64,000 nt of DNA from an uncultured Clostridia bacterium (GCA_947165365.1 CAMVAF010000002.1:4895-68894); one strand, 5' to 3'; counted from the stretch's first letter, positions 39,534 through 50,413 are shown. The notes: generated from the sequence alone by a model not told the origin. A program made the numbers and translations.

Positions 39534-40727
39534 ATGAGAATAGTTTTAATGAATAAAAATACAAAAGTATTAGATGCTGATTATGATTCAGCCACTGGTG
39601 CATTTATTAAAATATTTGAAGTTTATAATATAGATTATGCGCCTTATATTTTGAAAAGTTTCTATATAGAAAATGACATTAATGATACACCATTTAGAGC
39701 AAATCTTAGTGATTGGTTTAAAGGAAGAGGTATTCCTTCTTGGCGCGATAAGTTAGATTTACTACTTCATAGATTAAATATAACAACACCTTCTGAATTA
39801 TTAGATAAAGCTTTTGGTTTATCACTATCTGATCAATATTGGATTAAACCATATGATTTAAAAATAAATTATGATGATATTAACTTCTTTGATAATGATT
39901 TTGATTATTCAGAGTTTATGGAAGCCTCCCTTTCTTTAAATAGTAAGACTATCACAAGTGGCAAATCTCTTAAAACACCTAATAATACAACTGATGGTAT
40001 GTTAAAAAAAGCTTGGATAATTGAAGATGGAACAAGATATTTATTAAAGGGTGGATATAAAAATGAAATATTACAACCATTTAATGAAGTACTAGCTAGT
40101 ATGATTTGCGAAAGACTTGGTTTTGACCATGTCACATACACTCTTGATACTTATAAAGATTTGGTTGTTTCAAAATGTCCTTGTTTTATAAATCGTGATA
40201 CGGAACTTATTACAGCATATCAGATACGCAATAATATGAAAAGAAATGATAATATCGAAGATTATGAAGACTATATTAAAGTATTAGAAAAAGAAGGAAT
40301 TAAGGATGCTAGGATAAAACTAGAGAATATGTTTATCTTAGATTTCCTCATAATGAATGAGGATAGACATTTAAATAACTTTGGTATTATAAGGGATGTT
40401 AATACTTTAAAGTGGCTTGATGTCGCTCCTATTTTCGATAATGGAATGGCACTTAATATTGAGTATTATGATGAAAATGAAGTAATGATAAGCGGACATG
40501 GTAGGTTCTTCTATGAAGTTAAACCATTCGATGAAATTATTAAAGTAGTTAAAAATCCTAAAAGAATAGATATTACTAAATTAGATGGTGTTGTTGAAGA
40601 ATTTGATGAACTATTACATAAATATCAATATATTACACATATTTCTGATGAAAGAATACTAAGGCTTTGTATACTTTTAAATAGACAAATAAATAAACTA
40701 AAAGAAATAATAAAAAAAGATAGTTAA
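39534..40727 (+). CDS. HipA-like kinase family protein (no adjacent HipB-like gene)
   Basis: FLIMNEDRHLNNFGII matches the HipA_C catalytic loop (N.D.H.KN.S). ~400 aa. Confidence 0.55.
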   Translation: MRIVLMNKNTKVLDADYDSATGAFIKIFEVYNIDYAPYILKSFYIENDINDTPFRANLSDWFKGRGIPSWRDKLDLLLHRLNITTPSELLDKAFGLSLSDQYWIKPYDLKINYDDINFFDNDFDYSEFMEASLSLNSKTITSGKSLKTPNNTTDGMLKKAWIIEDGTRYLLKGGYKNEILQPFNEVLASMICERLGFDHVTYTLDTYKDLVVSKCPCFINRDTELITAYQIRNNMKRNDNIEDYEDYIKVLEKEGIKDARIKLENMFILDFLIMNEDRHLNNFGIIRDVNTLKWLDVAPIFDNGMALNIEYYDENEVMISGHGRFFYEVKPFDEIIKVVKNPKRIDITKLDGVVEEFDELLHKYQYITHISDERILRLCILLNRQINKLKEIIKKDS

Positions 40728-40738
40728 AATGAAAGTAC

Positions 40739-40774
40739 AAAATTTATCCACAAAAAAGTGGATATTTTTTTATA
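40739..40774 (+). terminator. intrinsic terminator, copy 2 of the 36-bp direct repeat
   Basis: Identical to 39250-39285. Confidence 0.7.
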
Positions 40775-40973
40775 AAAATAATTTTAAAAAAAATTTTACT
40801 TTTTAATATTCATTTAAGATTTGTATTTTATTATTATTGCTGTGAAGGAAAAATAGTCATATGATTTTCACAGTAATAATGAAAAGGAGGAATTTTATAA
40901 GAAAAAATGTTAGAAAATTAAAAAAATAATGTATAATATAATTAATAAAAAATAAAAGAAGGGAGAAGATTTA

Positions 40974-41219
40974 ATGAAAGATAAAATTATGTTATTTATA
41001 ATTGGATTATTAACAGGAGCTGTCCTTGCAACAGGAGCTTTTTATGCATATAGTAAAATTAATAGTTCAAACAATAACCAAACTAGTATGAATGGAGGAA
41101 CACCACCAAGTATGCCAAATGGGCAACCACCAGAATTACCTAGTGGAGAAAATGGACAACCACCAGAAATGCCAAATAGTAACAATTCACAAAATAATAC
41201 TGAAACAAATAATAATTAA
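40974..41219 (+). CDS. small membrane-anchored Pro-rich protein
   Basis: One TM helix followed by (G)QPPE(L/M)P repeats. The N-terminus is paralogous to those of the 41258 and 44448 genes. Confidence 0.35.
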   Translation: MKDKIMLFIIGLLTGAVLATGAFYAYSKINSSNNNQTSMNGGTPPSMPNGQPPELPSGENGQPPEMPNSNNSQNNTETNNN

Positions 41220-41257
41220 TGAAAAGAAATAACACTATAAATGAAAGGAAGAAAATA

Positions 41258-42604
41258 ATGAAAGATAAGAAAACAATAACTTATGTATTAGTAATAATAG
41301 GTTTAGTAGCTATGCTTGGGGGATTATGGTATTTAATTATTAATAATGATAATAGAAAGGGAAATACCAGTCAACAAGGTCCTGGTGGAAATCCACCTGG
41401 AGGATCAACATCATCAGTAACCTATTCATCAAAAAAAGAAATAAGTTCCAATGAAGATATTGAAGGAGGAACATATTCATCAAATACAAAGGATGAAAAT
41501 GCTATTTCAGTAACTGGAAATGTAACTTCGAATATTTCTAATGTAACTATCTTAAAAGAAGGAGATTCTGATGGTGGTGATAACACAAGTTTTTATGGCA
41601 CTAATTCCGCAATAATAGCTAAAGGAGGAGCAACTCTAAATATGGAAAATGCCAATATAACTACTAATGCCACAGGTGCAAATGGAGTATTTAGTTATGG
41701 AGGAAGTGCTACAACAAATAATTCATCAAGTGATAATACCACAGTAAATATTAAAAACTCTACTATTACAACAAGCAAAGATAATTCTGGCGGAATTATG
41801 ACAACCGGTGGAGGAATTATGAATGCTACCAATTTAACTATTACAACTAATGGAACCAGTAGTGCCGCAATTAGATCTGACCGTGGAGGCGGAGTAGTAA
41901 CGGTTAATGAAGGAACTTATAAAACAACTGGAAAAGGTTCACCTGCTATTTATTCAACTGCTGATATCACTGTTAAAAATGCTACCTTAATTTCCACAGC
42001 ATCAGAAGGAGTAGTTATTGAAGGAAAAAATAGTGTTATTTTAGAAAATGTCGAATTAACTGATACCAATAATACCTTAAATGGACAATCAACAACATAT
42101 AAAAATATTTTCTTATATCAATCAATGAGTGGTGATGCATCAGAAGGAGAATCAGTATTTAAAGCCAAAAATTCTACCATAACAACCAATAAAGGAGATA
42201 GCTTCTATGTAACAAATACATCAGCTAATATTACATTAGAAAATAATAAAATTATTAATAATGATGTCAGTGGAAATTTTTTAAGAATCCAAAAAGATTC
42301 TTGGGGAAATTCTGGAAGTAATGGTGGAACAGTTACTTTAAATTTAATTAATCAAGAAGCAAACGGAAATATTGTAGTTGATTCTATTTCAAAGTTAACT
42401 ATGAATTTATCTAATAATTCTAAGTTTACAGGTAGCATTAATAATTCCAATGCTGGTGAAGTAAATTTAACAATTGACGCAACAAGTTCCATAACATTAA
42501 CAAAAGATACTTATATTAAATCACTAACTAACGCTGATACAACTAACTCTAATATAAACCTTAATGGATATAAGTTATATGTTAATGGTAATGAACTAAA
42601 ATAA
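41258..42604 (+). CDS. membrane-anchored surface protein with right-handed beta-helix-like T/N/S-rich repeats
   Basis: TM anchor, G/S-rich linker, then repetitive T.N.S(A)NIT(L/V).N segments. Start set at MKDKKTITY (GAAAGGAAG RBS). Confidence 0.45.
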   Translation: MKDKKTITYVLVIIGLVAMLGGLWYLIINNDNRKGNTSQQGPGGNPPGGSTSSVTYSSKKEISSNEDIEGGTYSSNTKDENAISVTGNVTSNISNVTILKEGDSDGGDNTSFYGTNSAIIAKGGATLNMENANITTNATGANGVFSYGGSATTNNSSSDNTTVNIKNSTITTSKDNSGGIMTTGGGIMNATNLTITTNGTSSAAIRSDRGGGVVTVNEGTYKTTGKGSPAIYSTADITVKNATLISTASEGVVIEGKNSVILENVELTDTNNTLNGQSTTYKNIFLYQSMSGDASEGESVFKAKNSTITTNKGDSFYVTNTSANITLENNKIINNDVSGNFLRIQKDSWGNSGSNGGTVTLNLINQEANGNIVVDSISKLTMNLSNNSKFTGSINNSNAGEVNLTIDATSSITLTKDTYIKSLTNADTTNSNINLNGYKLYVNGNELK

Positions 42605-43099
42605 AAAATTAAGAACTATTTAGTTCTTTTTTTACTTAATTTACATGTAAGTAATTCCTAAAAATATGTAAAGATATAATAAATTTTTGTAATAAAAATA
42701 AAACTTTTTATTCTTTTTAATATTCATTTAATAATAATATATTAAACTTAATTCATAAAGAAGGTGATAACTATTAGAAAAATAATTAACTAAGCATAAT
42801 GGTAATAAAAATTTAAATAAAATTTTATAAGATAAGGAAGGTGATATAAAAAAATTAGAAATATATCTAATGTTTATAATTTAATAAATATTAATATATT
42901 ATCTGATATATGAAAAAATATATTAAAATACATAGATTAAAGGTAGGTGATAAATGATTAATTAACAAGAATAAATTATAAACAAAATATAAACATAAAT
43001 TTAATAGATAAAACACGATAACTTTTTTCTCGTTTTATCTATTACAAAAAGTAGATAAAATCTACTTTTTAAGTTTTAGTAAATGTGAGGTGATAAAAA

Positions 43100-44416
43100 A
43101 TGGAAAACAAGAATTTAGAAGAAGAGAAAAAAAGTAATAAAAAGGTAATAACAAAAACTACTGTTAAAGAAAAAAACTCTTCTTCCATAAATGATGTAGA
43201 AAACATAAAAGATCTTAAAGAAGAAAATAATAAGACAAATAAAAATTTGATATCAGCAATTATAGTTACTTTATTAGTGTTAATTTTAGTTGGAATGATT
43301 ACTTTCTTTGTCAAACCAGCTGATATGAACTTTATAAAAAATTTAAATGAAGAAAATAAAAATCAAATTGAATTAAAATATACTGATAGTTCTAGCGTTA
43401 AATCTCAAGGAGTTTATATAACTGATGTTTCAGAAGTAGTTGATAATACAATGCCATCTATTGTTGCAATAACAAGTAAAACAGTAATTAACTCTGGTAG
43501 ATTCGGACCATCTTTTTATGGATATGGTAGTAATAAATACACTTCAGAAGGAGCAGGATCAGGTATCATAGTAGCAAGTGATGATGATGAAATATTTATT
43601 TTAACCAATTATCATGTAGTTGAAAATACCAGTGAATTATCTGTTAAATTTATTGACAATGAAAGTTATGATGCCAAAATTAAAGGTATATCTGAAAGAT
43701 TTGATATAGCAGTAGTATCGGTAAGTAAAAATGATCTAAAAAAGGATACTCTTGAAAAAATTAAAATAGCAACTATTGGAAACAGTAATGAATTAAAAGT
43801 AGGTAATGGTATTATTGCGATAGGTAATGCTTTAGGATATGGACAATCTGTAACCACAGGTGTTGTGAGTGCCCTAAATAGAGAAATAAATGGAGAAGAT
43901 TATTCTCAAGAAATGATTCAAATAGATGCAGCTATTAATGGTGGAAATAGTGGAGGAGCCTTACTTAACGCTAAAGGTGAAGTAGTAGGAATTAATACCG
44001 CTAAATATTCATCAAATTACCTAACAAGTTCCAATGCATCGATAGAAGGTATGGGATTTGCAATTCCAATATCTAATGTTCAAGAAATTATCAAAGATTT
44101 AATTAATGGTAAAAATGGTGAAGGAGCCTTAACACTTGGTATCGAAGGATATATGACTAATTCCACTGGTATAGCAAATTATGGATTACCAGAAGGATTT
44201 TATATAAAAGCAATCAGTAAAGATGGGAATGCTTCTAATAGTGATTTAGAAATTGGTAATATCATAACAGAAATAGATAATCAAAAAGTTACATCATTAA
44301 ATGTTATAAAAAAAGTTTTAAATCAAAAAAATAAAGGAGATACTGTTACATTAAAAGTTAAATATCCCAATCGAAATGAATATAAAGAAAAAGAAATAAA
44401 AATAACATTAAATTAA
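43100..44416 (+). CDS. htrA: HtrA/DegP-family serine protease (trypsin-like + PDZ, membrane-anchored)
   Basis: Catalytic triad context (HVV...D...GNSGGAL) and a C-terminal PDZ-like segment. Confidence 0.85.
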   Translation: MENKNLEEEKKSNKKVITKTTVKEKNSSSINDVENIKDLKEENNKTNKNLISAIIVTLLVLILVGMITFFVKPADMNFIKNLNEENKNQIELKYTDSSSVKSQGVYITDVSEVVDNTMPSIVAITSKTVINSGRFGPSFYGYGSNKYTSEGAGSGIIVASDDDEIFILTNYHVVENTSELSVKFIDNESYDAKIKGISERFDIAVVSVSKNDLKKDTLEKIKIATIGNSNELKVGNGIIAIGNALGYGQSVTTGVVSALNREINGEDYSQEMIQIDAAINGGNSGGALLNAKGEVVGINTAKYSSNYLTSSNASIEGMGFAIPISNVQEIIKDLINGKNGEGALTLGIEGYMTNSTGIANYGLPEGFYIKAISKDGNASNSDLEIGNIITEIDNQKVTSLNVIKKVLNQKNKGDTVTLKVKYPNRNEYKEKEIKITLN

Positions 44417-44447
44417 TAATATACTTATATAAATAGAAGGAGGTTAT

Positions 44448-44708
44448 ATGAAAAATCAAATTATGACATTTATTATCGGAGTATTAGTAGGTGCAATTAT
44501 TACTACAGCAATATTTCTAATTTTTAAACCAAATAATTCCCGAAATATACCAGAATTTTCTAGAAGTAATAGAAGTGGTGAAAGAATAAGACCAAATAGT
44601 AATAATTCAATACCAAATACAAAAAGAAACAAAAAAGATAAAAATACAACATCTGAAAGTAGCAATAAAACAGATGAAAATAATAAAGCCAATGAAAACA
44701 ATGGTTAA
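44448..44708 (+). CDS. small membrane protein with basic, low-complexity tail
   Basis: AGGAGG RBS. N-terminal TM is paralogous to the 40974 gene. Confidence 0.35.
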   Translation: MKNQIMTFIIGVLVGAIITTAIFLIFKPNNSRNIPEFSRSNRSGERIRPNSNNSIPNTKRNKKDKNTTSESSNKTDENNKANENNG

Positions 44709-44775
44709 ATGTTTTGGAAGATAGAAATATCTTCCTTTTTTAGTAATAAAAAAATTATCCACTTTAATGTGGATA

Positions 44776-45126
44776 TTAGTCTTTTGGTTTAAAAAATAAG
44801 GAAAAGATAAAAGCAAAGAAAATAGCACTTGTAATACCAGAAGCAGTAAAGTCAAACATTCCCATAGCAATACCAATAAAACCAACGTCATTCGCTTTCA
44901 TCATGGCACCATGTGTTAACAAATGACCAAAACTAGTTATAGGAACTAAAGCCCCAGCTCCAACAAATTGAACAATTTTATCATATACACTAAAAATGTC
45001 CAAAAATGATCCAGCAACAACAAACATTGATGTAATATGACCTGGTGTTAATTTAGTATTATCTAAAATAACTTGACCTATTAAACAAATAAGTCCTGCA
45101 AATAGAAAAGAGTATAAGTATATCAT
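44776..45126 (-). CDS. spoVAEB: stage V sporulation protein AE (SpoVAEb)
   Basis: 116-aa polytopic membrane protein with the SpoVAE conserved pattern. Operon with spoVAC and spoVAD. Confidence 0.8.
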   Translation of the reverse strand: MIYLYSFLFAGLICLIGQVILDNTKLTPGHITSMFVVAGSFLDIFSVYDKIVQFVGAGALVPITSFGHLLTHGAMMKANDVGFIGIAMGMFDFTASGITSAIFFAFIFSLFFKPKD

Positions 45127-46112
45127 TTGACCTCCAAACTAATAGCATGAGCTATTGATAAAATATTTTCTTTTTGAAAGACTAGGGTAGGACTAAATAA
45201 GGCTCCTGTTGCTACATATAAAACTTTTTTTAATTTCTTATTCTTTAGTTTAGGAATAATATCACCATACATAACTAGTGCACTACAAACAGGACCAGAA
45301 CCACCAGCATGAATTTCTTTTTGAGTATCTGTATCATATAGCATTAAACCACAATCATTATAATTTTTAGAAATATCAATATGGTATTCCTTCATCATAT
45401 ATTCTATTAGTATTTCTTTTCCATATTTACCTAAATCACCTGTTAATATTAAATCATAGTAATTAGCCTCTCTTTTTAAATTTTTAAGATGTTCATAAAT
45501 AGTTTTAGCAGCAGCAGCCGCCATACAAGCACCCATATTATTAGGATCATTTTGATCCATATCAACTACTGTTCCAATAGTTGAACTATCTATTTTAATA
45601 TCACCTTGATTTGATAGGTAACACGCGGCACCACCTGTGGCAGTAAACGTTGATGACATAGGTTTTGGAGCTCCATATTCCGTGGGATTTCTAAATTGAC
45701 GCTCAGACACCATATTATGACTTGATACTGATACAATACTATTTTTTATTTTCTTGCTATCAATCATATTACTAGCAATAATTAAAGCTTCGGTATTTGT
45801 TGCACATGCTGAGTATACTCCTAAAAAAGGAATATTATATTTTAAAGCACTATAACAAGATGCAGTTATTTGATTTTGTAAATCTCCTGCAACAAGTAAA
45901 TCAATATCTTTACTTTTTTTATTTAATTTATCTAGTAAGATATCAATACTTTCCTGCATTAAATGGACTTCAGCATTTTCAAAAGTTCTTTCATTCATAT
46001 ATAAATCTTTATAGTATCTATCAAATCTTTTAGATAATGGTCCTTCATGTTCAAAAGGTCCAACAACTGTACTTACCGTATTTAAATAAACATTATTATA
46101 TTTATTAGTCAT
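45123..46112 (-). CDS. spoVAD: stage V sporulation protein AD (thiolase-like fold)
   Basis: 329 aa, between spoVAC and spoVAEb with overlapping stop/start codons. Confidence 0.8.
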   Translation of the reverse strand: MTNKYNNVYLNTVSTVVGPFEHEGPLSKRFDRYYKDLYMNERTFENAEVHLMQESIDILLDKLNKKSKDIDLLVAGDLQNQITASCYSALKYNIPFLGVYSACATNTEALIIASNMIDSKKIKNSIVSVSSHNMVSERQFRNPTEYGAPKPMSSTFTATGGAACYLSNQGDIKIDSSTIGTVVDMDQNDPNNMGACMAAAAAKTIYEHLKNLKREANYYDLILTGDLGKYGKEILIEYMMKEYHIDISKNYNDCGLMLYDTDTQKEIHAGGSGPVCSALVMYGDIIPKLKNKKLKKVLYVATGALFSPTLVFQKENILSIAHAISLEVK

Positions 46113-46555
46113 TACACGCCTCCCAAAACGAAGTATCTTATAATACCAAAAATATAACTTGATACAATTCCATATAAAATAACTGTACCAGCAAGTTTAA
46201 AGATATTAGCACCTAACCCTGTAACATAACCTTCCTTTTTAAATTCAATAGCAGCACTTGTCATAGAATGAGCAAAACCTGTTATTGGGACAATTAAACC
46301 ACATCTTGCAAAATTAACCCATTTATCAAAGAAACCTAAAGCTGTAAATAAACTAGCTAAAAATATTAAGGTAACCATCATAAAAACGGCAGCATCACTT
46401 GATGAAACATTAAGGTAATATGTATATAACTCTAGTAATCCTTCACCAATTACCCCAACAATTCCACCAACAATAAAAGCCGTAATAGCATTTCTTAAAC
46501 GATGTTCTTTAGGTCTATGATTCATCACAATTTTTTCATATAATCTTTTTTCCAT
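46112..46555 (-). CDS. spoVAC: stage V sporulation protein AC
   Basis: ~148 aa polytopic membrane protein. Start placed at the internal MEKRLYEK, because the upstream extension overlaps dnaI. Confidence 0.75.
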   Translation of the reverse strand: MEKRLYEKIVMNHRPKEHRLRNAITAFIVGGIVGVIGEGLLELYTYYLNVSSSDAAVFMMVTLIFLASLFTALGFFDKWVNFARCGLIVPITGFAHSMTSAAIEFKKEGYVTGLGANIFKLAGTVILYGIVSSYIFGIIRYFVLGGV

Positions 46556-46625
46556 ATCATCACCAATAATAATATGGATAAAAAAAGATAAACTATACAA
46601 AAAAATACTACTATTTCTAGTAATA

Positions 46626-47588
46626 TTATTTTCTTCTATTAACACTAATCATTTTAATATCATCTGCTAAATATTTGATTCTTTCAATTATTCTTTTAGC
46701 TTTTACCAAGTCATCTGCTTTTCCATTAATTGATAAGTGTACCTCAAGTTCTTTAATAGATAAATTAGAAGTAAAAAATGTTGGTAAACCTTCTTCCATT
46801 CTATATTGCAATATAACACCTAAAACTTCATCTCTTGACCAATTAGAGATATTTTCAGCACCTAAATCATCAATAAGTAATAAAGGAGATTCAATAACAT
46901 AATCAAATTTTTCTTGAAAATTATTATCAGGATCATTAAAACTAGCTTTTAAACTTGTTAAAAATTTAGGAAAATAAATAATAGTACTTTTAATTCCTTT
47001 TTTAGCAAGTTCATTAAATAGAGCTGCAATTAAATATGATTTTCCACATCCAAAGTTTCCATGTAAATATAATCCTTTTTGTTTTTCCTTACCAAAATTA
47101 TCATAATATTTTTTTAAATACTTAATTGCTTCTAATCTATTGGAATCATCTTTATAAATATTTTTAAATGAGGCATCTTTAATATAATTTGGCATTTTAT
47201 AGGAATATATATTTTTTAAATATGATGTTTCTTTATCATATTCTTCTTTATAAGGACAATCATGATAGGCAAATTGGATGATATTATCAGTAGTGTAAGC
47301 ATATTCTCTTACACCAGGAACATCCAAAGGACACATATTTAATCCTTTACATTTATTACATATTTTCATGGTTTTAGTAACATCCATTAAATGAGATGTA
47401 TACATACTTTTAATATCGTCTGATACATTAAGTTCACTTGCTACTTTAGCAAAATCTTCATCTTTTAAAGCTTTAATAAAATTATCTTTTAATAATCTTT
47501 TTCTTTTTTCTTTACTGGTATTATTTAAAATCGATAAATAATTTTCTTCTTTTTGATTTACAGTATTTTCAATAACAATATTTTCCAT
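46626..47588 (-). CDS. dnaI: primosomal helicase-loader DnaI
   Basis: Strong colinear match to B. subtilis DnaI in the AAA+ half (KGLYLHGNFGCGKSYL..., LLIDDLGAE..., LPTFFTSNLS..., RI.ERI.YLA). N-terminal Cys-rich zinc module. Confidence 0.8.
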   Translation of the reverse strand: MENIVIENTVNQKEENYLSILNNTSKEKRKRLLKDNFIKALKDEDFAKVASELNVSDDIKSMYTSHLMDVTKTMKICNKCKGLNMCPLDVPGVREYAYTTDNIIQFAYHDCPYKEEYDKETSYLKNIYSYKMPNYIKDASFKNIYKDDSNRLEAIKYLKKYYDNFGKEKQKGLYLHGNFGCGKSYLIAALFNELAKKGIKSTIIYFPKFLTSLKASFNDPDNNFQEKFDYVIESPLLLIDDLGAENISNWSRDEVLGVILQYRMEEGLPTFFTSNLSIKELEVHLSINGKADDLVKAKRIIERIKYLADDIKMISVNRRK

Positions 47589-48742
47589 TATGCGTCCCTC
47601 ATTACTACTAAAATAATTAAGAATGCTAAGTAAATAAAGGATAGTACAAGACCATTAATTTTATCAGATTTTCTATCTTTACTATTTACACCCATTCCAC
47701 GACTTATTAAGTATCCTCCAATAAGACCTCCGATATGAGCGAAGTTATCAATACCTGGAACAATAAATCCAATTCCAAGATTTAGTATTATAATAGGAAC
47801 AATTTGTCTTATTAAAACATTTCCAAAGTATACACGATAATGAAATCCAAAATAGAGTAGGCTACCAAGTAAACCAAAGATAGCTCCACTAGCTCCAATA
47901 GAGAAACTTTCACTCATACAAATTGATAATAAACTAGCCGTTATGGCACTAAAGAAATAAATAATCGTAAATTTCTTTTTACCAAAATAACTTTCTACTA
48001 GTTTTCCTGTTATAAACAAAGAATAAGCGTTTGTAATAATATGGGTAATATCAACATGGATAAAAGCAGCTGTTATAAGACGATACACTTCACCCATCTT
48101 AACCAAATCTCTTTGAAGTCCATATTTTAGGATAACTAGATTTTGATCAGTTGTTTGTATGATTAAAAAGATTGTTACAATTATACCTAGTAAAACATAG
48201 GTTACAACAGGTACTTTAGGTTTTAAAATATTATCCGTTTCCATAGACACCTTCATATTTTTTTGATTTATTTCATTAGTAATTTTTAAGAATAATTGAA
48301 ATCCATCTTCACTATATTCTAAATTATTTGCTAAATCAGAAAATGATTCTTTAATATATTTATTATTTATTAATTTATTTTCATCTTCGTAATATATTAT
48401 ATCAACACCATCATATTCTTTTTCTTTATCAACATTATCACCAACATCAGTTAAAATGCTTAAAACTCTAATATTAAAAGTAAAGGTTTTTCTTTTAACT
48501 TTTTTAGCCATTCTTTTAGTTTTAAAGACATCAAATTCCATTTGTTCATCATTATGAATATAGTTATTAACAATTCTTACGATTTTATAGTCTTCATCTA
48601 AGTTTTCTAACCATATTTCATTTTCTACACCTTGAACAATCATTGGTGTATAATTTTTTTTAGTAATAAGGTAGTGTAATAATTTCATTGATATAACATC
48701 TCTTGTGTTCATTTCAGTAATCATTTTATCCCTGCTTTTCAA
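47588..48742 (-). CDS. rhomboid-family intramembrane serine protease with cytoplasmic N-domain
   Basis: GASGAIFGLLGS (GxSG) and a downstream His-containing TM helix (AHIGGLIGG). Confidence 0.75.
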   Translation of the reverse strand: MKSRDKMITEMNTRDVISMKLLHYLITKKNYTPMIVQGVENEIWLENLDEDYKIVRIVNNYIHNDEQMEFDVFKTKRMAKKVKRKTFTFNIRVLSILTDVGDNVDKEKEYDGVDIIYYEDENKLINNKYIKESFSDLANNLEYSEDGFQLFLKITNEINQKNMKVSMETDNILKPKVPVVTYVLLGIIVTIFLIIQTTDQNLVILKYGLQRDLVKMGEVYRLITAAFIHVDITHIITNAYSLFITGKLVESYFGKKKFTIIYFFSAITASLLSICMSESFSIGASGAIFGLLGSLLYFGFHYRVYFGNVLIRQIVPIIILNLGIGFIVPGIDNFAHIGGLIGGYLISRGMGVNSKDRKSDKINGLVLSFIYLAFLIILVVMRDA

Positions 48743-49337
48743 TTTCTTTTATATATTCAATTATTGGCATTTCTTCCTCATTTAAAATCATACCCATTTC
48801 ATCAGTGTTTTTAACGTCTTTCGCTATTTTATCAAGATTTTCCATTCCTTTTGTAACTTTACCAAAAGCTGCATAATAATGGTCCAATGTTTCATTATCT
48901 TTTAACATGATAAAAAATTGTGATGATGCTGTATCGTATCCACTTGACATATCTCCCGTTCTAGCCATAGATATTACGCCTCTTTTATGAGTTATATCGT
49001 TACTTTTTCCATTAGCATCAAATTCACCCTTGATGCTAGCTACTTCAGCTCCATTACCTGCTTGTACGACAAAATCTTTTTGAACTCGATGAATTGGAAG
49101 TCCATCATAATATTTATCATTTACAAGTTCCATAAAATTGGTAACAGTAATAGGGGCAGTATCAGCATCTAATTCTAATTCAAGCACTCCATAATTTTTA
49201 ATTTTCATTTCAGCATAATGTAAACCTTTTAAATATACTTTTTCTTCCTCATGATAAGTAAAAGGATCCTTACATCCTGTAAATAAGAAAACCAATAATA
49301 CAATAATTAAATATTTTAATTTTTTCATAACTATCAC
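48726..49337 (-). CDS. cyclophilin-type peptidyl-prolyl isomerase lipoprotein
   Basis: Lipobox LFTGC. Cyclophilin motifs PIHRVQKDFVVQAGNG...FFI. Confidence 0.8.
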   Translation of the reverse strand: MIVMKKLKYLIIVLLVFLFTGCKDPFTYHEEEKVYLKGLHYAEMKIKNYGVLELELDADTAPITVTNFMELVNDKYYDGLPIHRVQKDFVVQAGNGAEVASIKGEFDANGKSNDITHKRGVISMARTGDMSSGYDTASSQFFIMLKDNETLDHYYAAFGKVTKGMENLDKIAKDVKNTDEMGMILNEEEMPIIEYIKEIEKQG

Positions 49338-49394
49338 TCCTTGTAAAATAATTATATAATAAAAAGACTTTAAAAACTAGAGTCTTTTGTAAAT

Positions 49395-50264
49395 TTATTT
49401 ACTAAATGGTTCAATGTGAACAATAACATCTTCTATTTTGATAATATTATCTTTAATTTCTTTTTCAATGTTATCGGCAATTTCATGACTTTTAATGGTT
49501 GTCATTTTCCCATTTACTAAAAGAGTTATAATAACAACATACTTGTATCCAATAGGAATAGAGTAGATATTACCAATCTTTTTAATATTATGATATTTTT
49601 TGATAATAGATAAAATAATTTTCGTACTTTCATCATCTAAGGCTTTATCCATTAAGACATCATAACTTTCTCGATATAGTTTAATTCCGGTTATCAGTAT
49701 CCAAATAGATATTAATAAACCAGTAATGCCATCTAAAAAATAAATGTCTAATTTTGTAAATAAAATAGATATTGTTGTAAATAAAGTAATAATCATATCA
49801 TTTCGATGATCCATCATATTTGATTTTATTAAAATACTATCTGTTATTTTATAAACATATTTAGTGTATAAAAATAATATTAATTTGACAATAATAGTGA
49901 CAATACATATAATTATTAATTTCCATGAAAATATTAATTTATTACCATTAATTATATTATAAATAGAATCAAAACCTAATTTAAAAGCGATAATAATCAT
50001 GGAAATACTGATTAACATGGTAAAAATATATTCGGCTTTACCATGACCAAAATTATGGTCAGTATCATTGGGATGTGCTGATATTCGATTACCAATATAA
50101 GTCATAAAAGAGGCAAAAATATCTGTTGCACTATTTATGGAATCAGCAATCATTGCTTGACTTTTACTAATTACTCCAATAATAATTTTAATAATAAATA
50201 AAAAGATGTTTCCGATAATACCAAAGATACTACCATTTCTAATTAGTTTATTGTTTTCTTCCAT
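49395..50264 (-). CDS. cation diffusion facilitator (CDF) family transporter
   Basis: Six TM helices and an HGKAEY.. motif region typical of CDF. Confidence 0.7.
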   Translation of the reverse strand: MEENNKLIRNGSIFGIIGNIFLFIIKIIIGVISKSQAMIADSINSATDIFASFMTYIGNRISAHPNDTDHNFGHGKAEYIFTMLISISMIIIAFKLGFDSIYNIINGNKLIFSWKLIIICIVTIIVKLILFLYTKYVYKITDSILIKSNMMDHRNDMIITLFTTISILFTKLDIYFLDGITGLLISIWILITGIKLYRESYDVLMDKALDDESTKIILSIIKKYHNIKKIGNIYSIPIGYKYVVIITLLVNGKMTTIKSHEIADNIEKEIKDNIIKIEDVIVHIEPFSK

Positions 50265-50354
50265 TATTCCTCGATACTAAATATATTACTTGAAACTAAT
50301 GTCAGTGTCAAGAACAATTTTTTCTATTTGTATAAAAGTACTAATAGACACTAC

Positions 50355-50413
50355 GGGTGGTAGCCACCCTGCATAAATTAAATAATTAATAAGGGGAAAT
50401 TCCCCTTATTAAT
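50355..50413 (-). terminator. tandem palindromes (GGGTGGTAGCCACCC; TTAATAAGGGGAAATTCCCCTTATTAA) ending the minus-strand bacteriocin operon
   Basis: Read directly. The second hairpin is followed by a T/A-rich run on the minus strand. Confidence 0.6.

Noticed and set aside
42640-43099. Four AGGTGATA(A/T)A RBS-like motifs in the 460-bp AT-rich region upstream of htrA
   Set aside because: None is followed by a credible ORF (the longest is 3 codons). They are most likely degenerate duplications of the htrA RBS region, so no feature was called.
39250-44780. Cluster of TTATCCACA-containing hairpins as a possible replication origin (dnaB and dnaI are in the window)
   Set aside because: There is only one consensus box per element, and each is embedded in a terminator hairpin directly after a stop codon. 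There is no AT-rich DUE, no box cluster, and no dnaA/dnaN nearby.
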